Assembly (NCBI GenBank): GCA_001785865.1
Contig: MFUZ01000003.1
Coordinates: forward strand, 15,048-79,047
From: Candidatus Nomurabacteria bacterium RIFCSPLOWO2_01_FULL_41_18
GTDB lineage: Bacteria > Patescibacteriota > Minisyncoccia > Phycocordibacterales > UBA9973
DNA: 64,000 bases
Reading direction: 5' to 3'
Below are positions 25,521-35,127 of this stretch, in pieces. The translations under genes were made by a program, and so were the position numbers. Each line of letters opens with the position of its first letter. The first letter of the stretch is position 1. The notes under the pieces are model-generated. The model was not told where the DNA came from. It made no database searches and saw nothing but the letters and a program-made list of their open reading frames with translations.

Positions 25521-26957
25521 ATGAAAAAAGATAGCTTCTATATTACAACCACTATTCCATATGTAAACGCAGATCCCCATATCGGTTTTGCGCTGGAGTT
25601 GGTGCAGGGAGACGCCATCGCCAGATACCAGCGCCTTTATGGTCGTGAAGTCTTTTTCAGCACTGGTACGGATGAATACGGTCAAAAGATCTGGGAAGCA
25701 AGCATAAAAGAAGGGAAAAACGTCCAAGATTATGTTGACCATTATGCGCAAAAATTTATCGATTTGAAGGGAACATTAGATCTTTCTTACGACAATTTCA
25801 TCCGGACGACGAGTAAAGAGCATGTTCGTGCCACCCAAGAATTTTGGAGGCTTTGTGACGTCGCAGGTGATATTTATAAGAAGATATACCGGGGATTATA
25901 TTGCGTGGGGTGTGAGAAATTTCTGACAGAAAAAGATCTGATGGAAGGAGTCTGCTCTCTTCATCCGAATAAAACTCCCGAGATGGTGGAAGAAGAAAAT
26001 TATTTTTTTAAGCTGACCAAGTACAAAGAACAGCTTTTACAATATCTTTCTAATAAAAAAGTTATCATTCCAGAGTGGCGCAGGCAAGAAGCCATAGATT
26101 TTGTAAAAGATGGTATGGAAGATTTCTCCATTTCCCGCAACAAAGAGCGATTTTCTTGGGGCATCCCGATACCTGGGGATGACAAGCAAGTCATGTACGT
26201 CTGGTTTGGCGCTTTTATAAATTATATTTCGACTTTAGGGTGGCCCGACAGTAAGGGAAAGTTTGAAAAATTTTGGCAGGAGGGAAAGAGAATCCAAGTG
26301 GCTGGCAAAGATATGGTGAAATTCCAGTCAGTGATGTGGCAGGGGATGCTCATGTCCGCAGGGATGCCTGCGACCGACGTCGTCGTTTATCACGGCTTTA
26401 TCACTGGTGAGGGTGGAGTCAAGATGTCAAAGTCTCTCGGCAATGTAGTGAGTCCGAATGAAATAGTGAAAGAATACAGTACTGACGCACTGCGCTATTT
26501 TCTTTTACGTGAAATTTCTTCTTTTGAGGACAGTCCGTTTACCATGGAAAGATTTAAAGATGCTTATAATTCAGGCTTGGCAAATGGTTTGGGAAATTTA
26601 GTTTCAAGGATTTTAACTTTGTCAGAAAAATATTTAGAAAAATGTCCGGAGATCCTGGAGCATTCCATGCCGCAAGAATTTAAAGACCACCTGGATAAAT
26701 TTGAAATTCAAAAAGCTGTAAATTTTACCTGGAATGAAATAGGCGCACTCGACCGATTTATCCAGGAGACCGAGCCATTCAAAGTGGTAAAGACCGACAA
26801 AGAAAAAGGGAAAAAGATAATTACTGATATGGTGCTCCGTCTGTACACCATTGCTCGAATGTTAAATCCGATAATGCCGGAAACCAATATTTTGCTCAAA
26901 GCTCTGATCAAAGCGAACAAGAAGCCCGATAAGCCTTTATTCCCCAGAAAAGACTAG
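25521..26957 (+). CDS. metG: Methionine--tRNA ligase (short form)
   Basis: YITTTIPYVNADPHIG, GTDEYG, CVGCE, SWGIPIP, KMSKSLGN. Confidence 0.96.
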   Translation: MKKDSFYITTTIPYVNADPHIGFALELVQGDAIARYQRLYGREVFFSTGTDEYGQKIWEASIKEGKNVQDYVDHYAQKFIDLKGTLDLSYDNFIRTTSKEHVRATQEFWRLCDVAGDIYKKIYRGLYCVGCEKFLTEKDLMEGVCSLHPNKTPEMVEEENYFFKLTKYKEQLLQYLSNKKVIIPEWRRQEAIDFVKDGMEDFSISRNKERFSWGIPIPGDDKQVMYVWFGAFINYISTLGWPDSKGKFEKFWQEGKRIQVAGKDMVKFQSVMWQGMLMSAGMPATDVVVYHGFITGEGGVKMSKSLGNVVSPNEIVKEYSTDALRYFLLREISSFEDSPFTMERFKDAYNSGLANGLGNLVSRILTLSEKYLEKCPEILEHSMPQEFKDHLDKFEIQKAVNFTWNEIGALDRFIQETEPFKVVKTDKEKGKKIITDMVLRLYTIARMLNPIMPETNILLKALIKANKKPDKPLFPRKD

Positions 26958-26970
26958 AAGGAAAAATAAT

Positions 26971-27813
26971 ATGCTTCCCAAATACATAGATATACACAGT
27001 CATGTAAATTTCAAAGCCTTCGATGAGGATCGAGATAAAGCCATCCGCCGTGCTTTGGATAGTGGTACTTGGGTTATAAATGTTGGTACGCAGATAGAGA
27101 CCTCAAAAAAGGCTGTAGAAATGGCAAACCAACACGAGGAAGGGGTGTATGCGATTGTAGGTCTACATCCGATACATACTGGCGCTTCGTATCATGATGA
27201 AAAAGAATTGGGCGAAGGTGGTAAAGAATTTACTTCTCGAGGAGAAATTTTTAATAAAGAATCTTACAGAGAACTTTTGAAAGATAAAAAGGTTGTTGGC
27301 ATAGGGGAGTGTGGGCTCGATTATTATCGAATGGATCTGGAATCGATTGAAAAGCAAAAACTCGCTTTTATCGGACAGATTGAGCTCGCGAATGAATTCA
27401 ACAAGCCTCTCATGCTACACATAAGGAATAGCATAAATAAAGAGGGCCCGAGCGCCTACAAGGACGCTTTAGAAATTTTGAAGCAGTATGCCAAGGTAAA
27501 AGGAGACGTACATTTTTTTGCAGGGAACTGGGTCGATGCGAAAGGTTTTTTGGATTTCGGCTTCACCCTTTCTTTTACCGGAGTCATCACCTTTACCCAT
27601 GATTATGATGAAGTCATCAGAAATACTCCGCTCGATATGATATTGTCCGAGACGGATTCGCCATATGTCGCTCCGGTGCCCCATAGAGGCAGGCGCAACG
27701 AGCCGTCATATGTGAAGGAAGTAGCAAAAAGGATTGGTCTTATAAAAAAAATACCAGAGGATGAGGTATTTGTCGCCTTGATTGCTAATGCAAGGCGGGT
27801 ATTTGGCATATAG
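26971..27813 (+). CDS. tatD: TatD-family DNase
   Basis: DIHSH, GLHP, IGECGLDY, LHIR, ETDSPY. Confidence 0.93.
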   Translation: MLPKYIDIHSHVNFKAFDEDRDKAIRRALDSGTWVINVGTQIETSKKAVEMANQHEEGVYAIVGLHPIHTGASYHDEKELGEGGKEFTSRGEIFNKESYRELLKDKKVVGIGECGLDYYRMDLESIEKQKLAFIGQIELANEFNKPLMLHIRNSINKEGPSAYKDALEILKQYAKVKGDVHFFAGNWVDAKGFLDFGFTLSFTGVITFTHDYDEVIRNTPLDMILSETDSPYVAPVPHRGRRNEPSYVKEVAKRIGLIKKIPEDEVFVALIANARRVFGI

Positions 27814-27880
27814 ATCCTAATTTTTCGATGTAGCCCCCTCGATCCTTTACTTTCCAGAAGGTTTTTGATAGTATAAAAAA

Positions 27881-28384
27881 ATGCCCGAAAACAATAGTGA
27901 TGTTGCAAATGAAGTGCTAGAGGAAGGAAATTCGCAGGTCTATGAGCTCGGCTATCTTTTGGTGCCGACGATCAAAGAAGAGGATATGCCAATAAGCTAT
28001 GGCAATCTCAAAGAACTTGTTTCTTCTTTTAGGGGCGCCGTCATAGCAGACGAGATGCCAAAAATGATCAATCTTTCCTATACTATGTCCAAAGTCATAT
28101 CGAACGTGCGCAATAAGTTCAGCACAGCGTACTTTGGCTGGGTGAAATTCACCATGGATTCGCAAAAAGTTCTAGAGCTCAAGAAGAATCTTGATCTTGA
28201 TCCGAATTTTATCAGATTCCTGATATTGAAGACGGTTAAAGAAAATACTATTGCCGCGAAAAGATTTATCCGCGGAGACATTTACAAAAAGCCTAAAACC
28301 AAGAAAACTGCTGAAAATGAGACAGCTCTTCCTATAAATAAAGAGGAGATAGATAAAGAGATAGAAGCTTTGATCGCAGCTTAA
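27881..28384 (+). CDS. rpsF: 30S ribosomal protein S6 (extended termini)
   Basis: YELGYLL, LSY, IRFLILK; rpsF-ssb-rpsR synteny. Confidence 0.85.
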   Translation: MPENNSDVANEVLEEGNSQVYELGYLLVPTIKEEDMPISYGNLKELVSSFRGAVIADEMPKMINLSYTMSKVISNVRNKFSTAYFGWVKFTMDSQKVLELKKNLDLDPNFIRFLILKTVKENTIAAKRFIRGDIYKKPKTKKTAENETALPINKEEIDKEIEALIAA

Positions 28385-28403
28385 TTATTATATAAACATA
28401 ATC

Positions 28404-28856
28404 ATGTATTTAAACAAGGCAATATTAATAGGAAACCTTACCCGTGACCCAGAGCTTCGTTCTTTGCCCTCCGGCGTCAAAGTATGCTCATTTTCTTTAG
28501 CCACGAATCGTGTCTGGAAAGACAAGAACGGCGCACGTCAAGAATCTGCTGATTATCACAATGTCGTAGTTTTCGGACGCCAAGCCGAGACAGTCGCACA
28601 ATATATGAAAAAAGGCAGTTCTATTTTAGTCGAAGGCCGGATGCAGACCAGAAGCTGGGATGATAAGACCAGTGGGGAGAAGAAATATCGCACCGAAGTC
28701 ATTGCTGATCGTACGCAGTTTGGTCCTAGATCAGGCAATACCAATGCAGGGTCAGTTCCAAGCAAATCCGAACCAAGTGTAGCTCCTAAGAATGGAGAAG
28801 TCGACACCATAGAGTATCCGGAGGAAGACATTAATCCAGAAGACATTCCATTTTAA
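28404..28856 (+). CDS. ssb: Single-stranded DNA-binding protein
   Basis: LNKAILIGNLTRDPE; C-terminal DIPF. Confidence 0.97.
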   Translation: MYLNKAILIGNLTRDPELRSLPSGVKVCSFSLATNRVWKDKNGARQESADYHNVVVFGRQAETVAQYMKKGSSILVEGRMQTRSWDDKTSGEKKYRTEVIADRTQFGPRSGNTNAGSVPSKSEPSVAPKNGEVDTIEYPEEDINPEDIPF

Positions 28857-28870
28857 TAACTAAAACAAAT

Positions 28871-29071
28871 ATGAAACAAGATTACTTTTCAGCTAACAAT
28901 ATAAAATACATAGATTATAAGGACATAGAGATCTTAAAGAAATTCCTTGGTCCGAACGGCAAGATTGTAGGCCACAAAAGGACGGGAGTCACTTCCAAAA
29001 ATCAACGACAATTGACTTCGGCTATCAAACATGCCCGGTTCCTTGGCTTGCTTCCTTTCGTGATAAAGTAA
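28871..29071 (+). CDS. rpsR: 30S ribosomal protein S18 (Zn-free type)
   Basis: IDYKD..LKKF...GKI...RTG...QR.L..AIK.AR.LGLLPF. Confidence 0.95.
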   Translation: MKQDYFSANNIKYIDYKDIEILKKFLGPNGKIVGHKRTGVTSKNQRQLTSAIKHARFLGLLPFVIK

Positions 29072-29081
29072 AAACTTACCC

Positions 29082-29161
29082 AACCTCACCTCAATCCTCT
29101 CCTGAAAGGAGAGGAGAAATTCAGCCCCTTCCCCTTTCAGGGGAAGGCGGGGGATGAGGTT
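29082..29161. repeat. REP-like doublet hairpin between convergent rpsR and efp
   Basis: AACCTCACCTC...TCCTCTCCT-GAA-AGGAGAGGA...CCTTCCCCT-TTC-AGGGGAAGG...GGGGATGAGGTT. Confidence 0.75.
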
Positions 29162-29741
29162 AAACCCTCTCCACATATTCTCCAGTTTCTGTATTGATGC
29201 TCACTGTGTCACCTTCGGCGATAAACATCGGAGCGTTAAGAGTGGCTCCATTTTCAAGCGTGATGATCTTGTTGCCTCCTTTGGAGGTGTCTCCGCGCAC
29301 AGCCGGGGGGGCCTCTTTTACTTTGAAATTCATTTTGATAGGTAGGGTGACTTTTATTATTTGTTCAACTTCATCTTCATTTTCCCAAATCACAGCTTCA
29401 GCATTACTGTTTTGTTTCAAAAATTTTTCGGCATTGCCTATCAGCGCTGCGTCCAGTTTAAATCTTTTACTTTTATCTGTCGGGTCGCAGAACCAATACT
29501 CGTTCCGATTGTGGTAAAGGAAGGTGATAAGTTTTTTTTGGATGTCGGCTTCATCAGCTGATTCGGAAACGTGAAAAGTGGCATTGATGGTCTTACCGGA
29601 TATCAATGTCTTCAATTTTACCTGGTTTTGAGGCTTTCTCTGTTGAGTTCGGGCCACATGGGACTCGATGACTTCGCAAGGTTCACCATCGTAAATGATT
29701 ATCTTTTTCTCGCGAATTTCGTTATATTCAAGTTTTGACAT
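29160..29741 (-). CDS. efp: Elongation factor P
   Basis: APPAVRGDT, K...LENG....P.FI..GD...INT.TGEYVER. Confidence 0.93.
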   Translation of the reverse strand: MSKLEYNEIREKKIIIYDGEPCEVIESHVARTQQRKPQNQVKLKTLISGKTINATFHVSESADEADIQKKLITFLYHNRNEYWFCDPTDKSKRFKLDAALIGNAEKFLKQNSNAEAVIWENEDEVEQIIKVTLPIKMNFKVKEAPPAVRGDTSKGGNKIITLENGATLNAPMFIAEGDTVSINTETGEYVERV

Positions 29742-29759
29742 GGCACCATCCTAGCAGAT

Positions 29760-30827
29760 TTAGACTTCCTCCGCAAATTTTTTCAGAATTTCTTTTAAGA
29801 TCTGGTCAGATACTTTCTTTTCCTCTTTCAAGAATTTGCGAGTGGCGTCATAGCCGACTCCCAATTTAACCTTTTCTTTTCCTTCACCTGCCGGTGTATA
29901 GAAATATGAATTTCCGGTTTTTTCAATTATTTTGAATTTCTCTCCGAGAGCCATAATCTCGCCTTCTCTCGATATGCCTTCATTATAGATGATGTCGAAT
30001 TCTGTCTGTTTAAATGGAGCGGCAACCTTGTTTTTTACCACTTTCACGCGGGTGCGGCTTCCGACTACCTCTTCTCCCTTTTTTATCTGGGCGATCTTGC
30101 GAATGTCTAGACGGACCGAAGTATAGAATTTGAGCGCCTTTCCTCCCGGAGTGGTCTCCGGATTGCCGAACATGACACCGATCTGCATTCTGATCTGATT
30201 GATAAATATTACCACTGTTTTAGATTTGGCCACGATCGCAGTGAGCTTCCGGAGTGCTTGTGACATCAGCCGGGCTTGTTTTCCGACATGATACGCACCC
30301 ATATCGCCCTCGATCTCATCTTTTGGGGTGAGCGCCGCCACAGAGTCGACAACAATAACGTCAATTTTTCCTGTTCGTACCAAAGATTCCACTATTTCAA
30401 GTGCCTGTTCGCCGTTGTCCGGCTGGGAAATGAGCAAATTGTTTATATTGACTCCGAGCTTCTTGGTATATTCGGGGTCCATGGCGTGTTCGGCGTCGAT
30501 GTAGGCACAGACTCCGCCTTTATTTTGCGCTTCAGCAACAATGTGTAGGGAGAGGGTGGTCTTGCCCGAAGATTCAGGTCCGAATATCTCGATTATTCGG
30601 CCTCGAGGTATTCCGCCGACTCCTAGCGCCATATCGAGACCTATGGATCCGGTAGGGATCACATTGATATTTACTTTTGGCGAATCGCCGAATTTCATTA
30701 TTGAACCTTCACCGAATTTGGTTTGGATAGCTTTCAAAGTGTCTTCAAGTACTGCTATTCCGATGGTCTTGTCCCCGTCCGCATGACTCGTGTCAGCGTG
30801 TCGGGCAGGCTTTTTCTTGTTTTGCAT
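29760..30827 (-). CDS. recA: Recombinase A
   Basis: [36 protein letters not shown]. Confidence 0.98.
   Translation of the reverse strand: MQNKKKPARHADTSHADGDKTIGIAVLEDTLKAIQTKFGEGSIMKFGDSPKVNINVIPTGSIGLDMALGVGGIPRGRIIEIFGPESSGKTTLSLHIVAEAQNKGGVCAYIDAEHAMDPEYTKKLGVNINNLLISQPDNGEQALEIVESLVRTGKIDVIVVDSVAALTPKDEIEGDMGAYHVGKQARLMSQALRKLTAIVAKSKTVVIFINQIRMQIGVMFGNPETTPGGKALKFYTSVRLDIRKIAQIKKGEEVVGSRTRVKVVKNKVAAPFKQTEFDIIYNEGISREGEIMALGEKFKIIEKTGNSYFYTPAGEGKEKVKLGVGYDATRKFLKEEKKVSDQILKEILKKFAEEV
30774..30809 (-). repeat. CCTGCCCG...CGG(A/G)CGGG palindromic element inserted in frame in recA
   Basis: 36 nt, encodes [12 protein letters not shown]; same termini as 34231-34257. Confidence 0.7.
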
Positions 30828-30833
30828 AAATTA

Positions 30834-31265
30834 TTAGGGTTTTAGGTGGTCTATAGACTGTCTGAGACCGAGGCCTCCCAATTCCTCTGTTAATATTAAT
30901 TTATAATTTTTTTCATCCACATAGCCGAATTTATCTTTGGCTGTGATATTCATCACATTATATCCCTCAAGCAGGGTAATCGTTTCGTTGAAATTGCCGT
31001 CCTGATTTATGGAGATCTCTCGGCCATTGATGGTCAAATTTGTGGCGTTTACCGCGTTTCCGGTAATTTTTAAGACTCCGTTTTCAACCTTGATGCCGGA
31101 CTCTGCGGGCATATCGCCTAGATTTACATCCTTTATTCTGACTCCGAAGATCAAATTATGAGAGCCGAAAAACGCATAAGCGACAATGATTATGAAAAAA
31201 GCCGAGAGGCCGATTATTGGTATTATTTTTCTGCTGTTTTTATTCATCTGGTTAGAAACTTGCAT
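30834..31265 (-). CDS. Membrane-anchored protein with Ig-like domain
   Basis: N-terminal TM; ITG...LTING......DGNF...I.L.EG.N...I.AKD.FG pattern. Confidence 0.7.
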   Translation of the reverse strand: MQVSNQMNKNSRKIIPIIGLSAFFIIIVAYAFFGSHNLIFGVRIKDVNLGDMPAESGIKVENGVLKITGNAVNATNLTINGREISINQDGNFNETITLLEGYNVMNITAKDKFGYVDEKNYKLILTEELGGLGLRQSIDHLKP

Positions 31266-31306
31266 TGATTACATTATATCAGATATCTCTCGCTTGGCGA
31301 GTTGTG

Positions 31307-33529
31307 TCATATCATGTTTTCTCCACCCTCATTTCTTTGTATCTTTTCCAATACTTCTCTCGGTTTTGCGCCGTCTCCAGGTCCGATCACTCCTTTTTCT
31401 TCCAATTTATCCATCAGCCTCGCTGCTCGGGCGTACCCTAATTTAAGTTTTCTTTGCAGATAAGAGGTCGATGCCTTACCAGCCTCGATGACGCAGGCTC
31501 GCGCTTCCTCGTACATCTCATCGTCATCTTCGGAATCCTCATCATCCAGTGTGCTTTCGAAAATACTTTTATCGGCCGATACTGAACCAGATGTCAGTGT
31601 TATTTCTTCTAGAACTTCGTCTTTATATGCATCTGCCAAATAATTAACGACTTTTTTTACTTCTATTTCTGAAATAAATGCGCTTTGTAGGCGTTCTGGC
31701 TGAGCTTCACCCGAAGAATATAACATGTCACCAGCACCCAAAAGTTTTTCTGCTCCACCAGCATCCAAAATAGTTCTCGAATCCACTTGAGAAGATACTT
31801 TCAAGGCAACACGGGCCGGAATGTTTGCTTTAATGAGTCCGGTAATGATATTTACTTCCGGGCGCTGGGTGGAAAGTATAAGGTGGATACCTACAGCTCG
31901 GGACATTTGTGCCAAACGGACAATGGCTGACTCAAGCTCTCTAGGATATGAACTCATTATGTCTGCTAATTCATCTATTATAATGACAATATATGGCAAT
32001 CGGTCTACACCCACTTCTTCATCTATTCCCTCACTGTTTTTTACCATTTTCTTTTGGTTTTTATCAAAAACATTACTATGATAACTCTCTATGTCTCGAA
32101 CACTTTCGGCTTCCAGTATGTCATAACGACGGTCCATTTCCTTTGCTGCCCATTTTAATGCAAAGATAGTTTTCTTTGCTTCAGTGATAACGGGGGTTAA
32201 TAAATGGGGGATATTGTTATAAAGGGTAAGTTCTACTCGTTTTGGGTCTATTAAAATAAGTTTTAAATCGTCTGGACCATTTCTGTATAAGAGGGAAGTA
32301 ATAATAGAGTGGATAGTTACTGATTTTCCAGATCCAGTCGTGCCTGCGACGAGGCAGTGCGGCATTTTCGCTAGGTTTCCAAAAACCGCTTTACCAGCGA
32401 TGTTTCGACCGAGTGCGATGGTAAGGGCTTTCGCAGAATTTTGGTATTTGTCATCTCCGAGAAGGGTAGCGAGGCCGACTATTGATTTTGATTTGTTTGG
32501 AATTTCAATACCCACTAGCGATTTGCCTGGAATCGGCGCTTCTATTCTGATGGGATGTGCCGCGAGCGACAGAGCCAAGTCGTTTTGTAGTCCTACGATG
32601 CGGGAGAGTTTTACTCCTTCAGCTGGTTTCAATGCATAACGAGTGACAGTCGGGCCGATTGTTATTTCATCCATTTCCACTTCAATGCCAAAGTTTTGAA
32701 GCGTGCGCTTGATTATGTTCGCATTAGCTTTGATGTCTCCCGTATTCGGTTTGCCTTTATCTTCTTCAAGGAGAGCAAGGGGAGGGGGAACGTAATTGGT
32801 ATGGAGGTTGGTCCTAGGCTTCAGTTTCTTGATTTCTATCTCATCTTCGTCCTCTTTCTTTTTTCCTACTCCCAATGCTTTTTTTATCTTTTCTCCCGTG
32901 CTCTCTTCTTCCGCATCTTCGTCGTTCTCTTCCTCATCTTTTGGCAGGGAAGCTACCAGAAGTTTTTCTCCCTCTATTAGTGTTTCTTTCGTTTCACTCG
33001 AATTGTCTGCAGTTTTTTTGTTAGCTCGCAGGTTCCACATCTTTTTGATAAAAGGTATCGGGTTTAGTTCGGTATCAAACAAGACAAGGATTGAAATTAT
33101 TAAAATAGCTCCCAGGAAGATGGTGCTCGCATAGACATCAAATAGAGCGACTAAGGGCGTAGACAAGACCTCACCCAAAATTCCTCCAAAGGGTCCGCCG
33201 GAGATGATGTCTATAATCCCTAAACTAGAGAGCAGGAACAAGATTGCACTCGCGATACTCCTCCATCCGATATCCGGAGTCTTGGATCGGAGAAATGAAA
33301 TTCCGAGCATGATAAAAAGAATAGGGAGAAGGATATAGCCGACACCGAGCAGAATATCGAATTTTTCGTAAACGAATACACCCGCTTTTCCGGTGATGTC
33401 AAAATATGACATTAAAAAAAATAATGCCAGAACAAAAAAAACTATTGCCATGATCCCGTGTTTTGTTTGACTCTTTAATCCAAAATTTTCATTTCCAAAA
33501 TCCTTCTTCTTATTTCCATTTTTCGCCAT
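31307..33529 (-). CDS. ftsK: DNA translocase FtsK/SpoIIIE
   Basis: N-terminal TMs, AGTTGSGKS, IDPKRVEL, IDELAD, TQRP, GAEKLLG.GDML, gamma domain GYARAAR. Confidence 0.97.
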   Translation of the reverse strand: MAKNGNKKKDFGNENFGLKSQTKHGIMAIVFFVLALFFLMSYFDITGKAGVFVYEKFDILLGVGYILLPILFIMLGISFLRSKTPDIGWRSIASAILFLLSSLGIIDIISGGPFGGILGEVLSTPLVALFDVYASTIFLGAILIISILVLFDTELNPIPFIKKMWNLRANKKTADNSSETKETLIEGEKLLVASLPKDEEENDEDAEEESTGEKIKKALGVGKKKEDEDEIEIKKLKPRTNLHTNYVPPPLALLEEDKGKPNTGDIKANANIIKRTLQNFGIEVEMDEITIGPTVTRYALKPAEGVKLSRIVGLQNDLALSLAAHPIRIEAPIPGKSLVGIEIPNKSKSIVGLATLLGDDKYQNSAKALTIALGRNIAGKAVFGNLAKMPHCLVAGTTGSGKSVTIHSIITSLLYRNGPDDLKLILIDPKRVELTLYNNIPHLLTPVITEAKKTIFALKWAAKEMDRRYDILEAESVRDIESYHSNVFDKNQKKMVKNSEGIDEEVGVDRLPYIVIIIDELADIMSSYPRELESAIVRLAQMSRAVGIHLILSTQRPEVNIITGLIKANIPARVALKVSSQVDSRTILDAGGAEKLLGAGDMLYSSGEAQPERLQSAFISEIEVKKVVNYLADAYKDEVLEEITLTSGSVSADKSIFESTLDDEDSEDDDEMYEEARACVIEAGKASTSYLQRKLKLGYARAARLMDKLEEKGVIGPGDGAKPREVLEKIQRNEGGENMI

Positions 33530-33571
33530 GAAAGTATTTTAACACGGGCTAGAAGTTTCAGCTAGAATCAA

Positions 33572-33650
33572 TTTTTATAATGCAATCTATCTGGCGTTGC
33601 TACGCCAGCGAACTGCTCGCCTCGTCAGCCTGCGCAAGGCATTCTAAAAA
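33572..33650 (+). repeat. Dispersed ~79-nt structured element, copy 2
   Basis: Matches the reverse complement of 217-295; hairpin CTGGCGT-TGCT-ACGCCAG at 33591-33608. Confidence 0.85.
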
Positions 33651-33732
33651 TTATTCTGGCTTACACCTTGCCCATCCTTGCTTTTTTCCTTGTCCGATAT
33701 ATAATGGACACACATAACCTACTTACAAGGAC

Positions 33733-34620
33733 ATGAATAAAAACATAAAAGACACTCAATCGTCCATATCCACCCAGTCTTCTAATTTTGGAGAACAGGG
33801 AGCTCTCGTGTCCTTTAGCAAGACCTACCAGCCTGCTATTGTAAATAAGGCCGGCAAGCTGATCACAGCATTGTACATGGTAACGGACGTAATGGACAAA
33901 GAAGAACCGATAAAAAATAAGTTAAGGACATTGGGTACAGAAATCATATCAGACATGCATTCAGTGCCATCGGATATAGATAGTAAAATTACGGAAATCA
34001 TGTCCTTTTTGAATATAGCTACAGCCATGAGCTTTATTTCAGAAATGAATTGCTCTATTCTCAAAAAAGAATTTTCAGTCTTACAACAATCCATAAAAGA
34101 ATCAGCTCAAATGAAGCCTGCCTGGCTCGAGGATTTTTTGGAAGAAGAATTTCCTCCCCTTCTTGATAAGGAGGGGAATGAGGGGAGGTTTCTGGAGAAT
34201 TCACCTCACCCCAACCCTCTCCTTATTAAGCCTGCCCGCCTGGAGCGTTCGGGCGGGGAGAGGGGGAGTCCAATTTCTAAAGGACATGTTAGAATTGGTG
34301 TCCAAAAGAGAGACGCCTTTTTAAAAATTATAAAGGACATGTCCGATAGAAGTATAGTTTCACAAGGTGTTCACACAGGATCTGATTTTGGTGTATTAAA
34401 GAAACAAAGACGCAACGACATCATCAATATGGTGAAGGTTGTTGGCGGGAGTGCTACTATAACGGACATCAGGGACCAAGTTCAGATGGCTCCAGCCCAG
34501 GCCGGCCTGCTCGTTTCTTGCAGTGAAAAAACGTTGCAAAGAGAGTTGATGTCCATGACGAAGGACGGTCTATTGAAGAAGACAGGGGAAAAAAGGTGGA
34601 GCCGGTATTTCATCAAATAA
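33733..34620 (+). CDS. Hypothetical protein: helical N-domain plus C-terminal winged HTH, with in-frame repeat insertion
   Basis: ALYMVTD...EP....LR; SEKTLQREL......G.L.KTGEKRWSRY. Confidence 0.75.
   Translation: MNKNIKDTQSSISTQSSNFGEQGALVSFSKTYQPAIVNKAGKLITALYMVTDVMDKEEPIKNKLRTLGTEIISDMHSVPSDIDSKITEIMSFLNIATAMSFISEMNCSILKKEFSVLQQSIKESAQMKPAWLEDFLEEEFPPLLDKEGNEGRFLENSPHPNPLLIKPARLERSGGERGSPISKGHVRIGVQKRDAFLKIIKDMSDRSIVSQGVHTGSDFGVLKKQRRNDIINMVKVVGGSATITDIRDQVQMAPAQAGLLVSCSEKTLQRELMSMTKDGLLKKTGEKRWSRYFIK
34150..34270. repeat. REP-like doublet with a nested second palindrome, in frame inside a CDS
   Basis: CCCCTTCTT-GAT-AAGGAGGGG...CCCTCTCCTTATTAAG[CCTGCCCG..CGGGCGGG]GAGAGGG. Confidence 0.75.
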
Positions 34621-34631
34621 CCTCTTAAATT

Positions 34632-34704
34632 CAACCCTCCCATCCTCCCCTTATCAGGGGAGATAGAATGTCGAATCCCCTTAATAAGGGGATTTAGGGG
34701 GTTG
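34632..34704. repeat. REP-like doublet hairpin
   Basis: CAACCCTCC...CTCCCCT-TATC-AGGGGAG...AATCCCCTT-AAT-AAGGGGATT...GGGGGTTG. Confidence 0.7.
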
Positions 34705-35127
34705 TATCTTTTACATTTGCATTTTGCTCAAATTGTGATAATATAGCTTTGTGGGTTTTATTCGCTTAAAAGGCGAGTTATCCACATAATATCTTGCTCT
34801 ATCTTGGAGCTATGTATTATAATAATATTGTGTTTATGTGGCGCGCATTTTATGCGTATCATGTATTCACAAATTATATTTGTTTTCACTTTGATTTTTG
34901 TTTGAGATTTCGTCGAAAAGATTTCAAGCAATGCGGAGAGAAAATAAATGCCCATTGAAAACCGAATAGCTATGTTTTTAATGGTTTAGTTTACATCTGT
35001 TCGTTATTTTAAATCCGTTGCATTATAAATTATTAATAGTTATTAACGGATGAGGAATAATGATAGAAAAAATTGCGCTTTTAGTTTTGTCGAAACTTAT
35101 TAATAGCGTAAAAATTAGAAAAATTAT

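Noticed and set aside
26196-26225. MetRS YVWFGAF instead of the usual YVWxDA
   Set aside because: A single-base difference (GGC vs GAC) that could be a variant or a sequencing error; cannot be evaluated without reads.
27814-27880. S6:S18 ribosomal leader RNA upstream of rpsF
   Set aside because: A CCCCC tract is present but no convincing stem, and a -10 directly before the ATG suggests a leaderless transcript.
34778-34786. oriC suggested by a perfect DnaA box
   Set aside because: Only one perfect box, no dnaA/dnaN nearby, and no switch in gene orientation bias across the site.
34758-34955. 65-aa minus-strand ORF in the S-layer upstream region
   Set aside because: No motif; the region is better explained as a promoter/leader.
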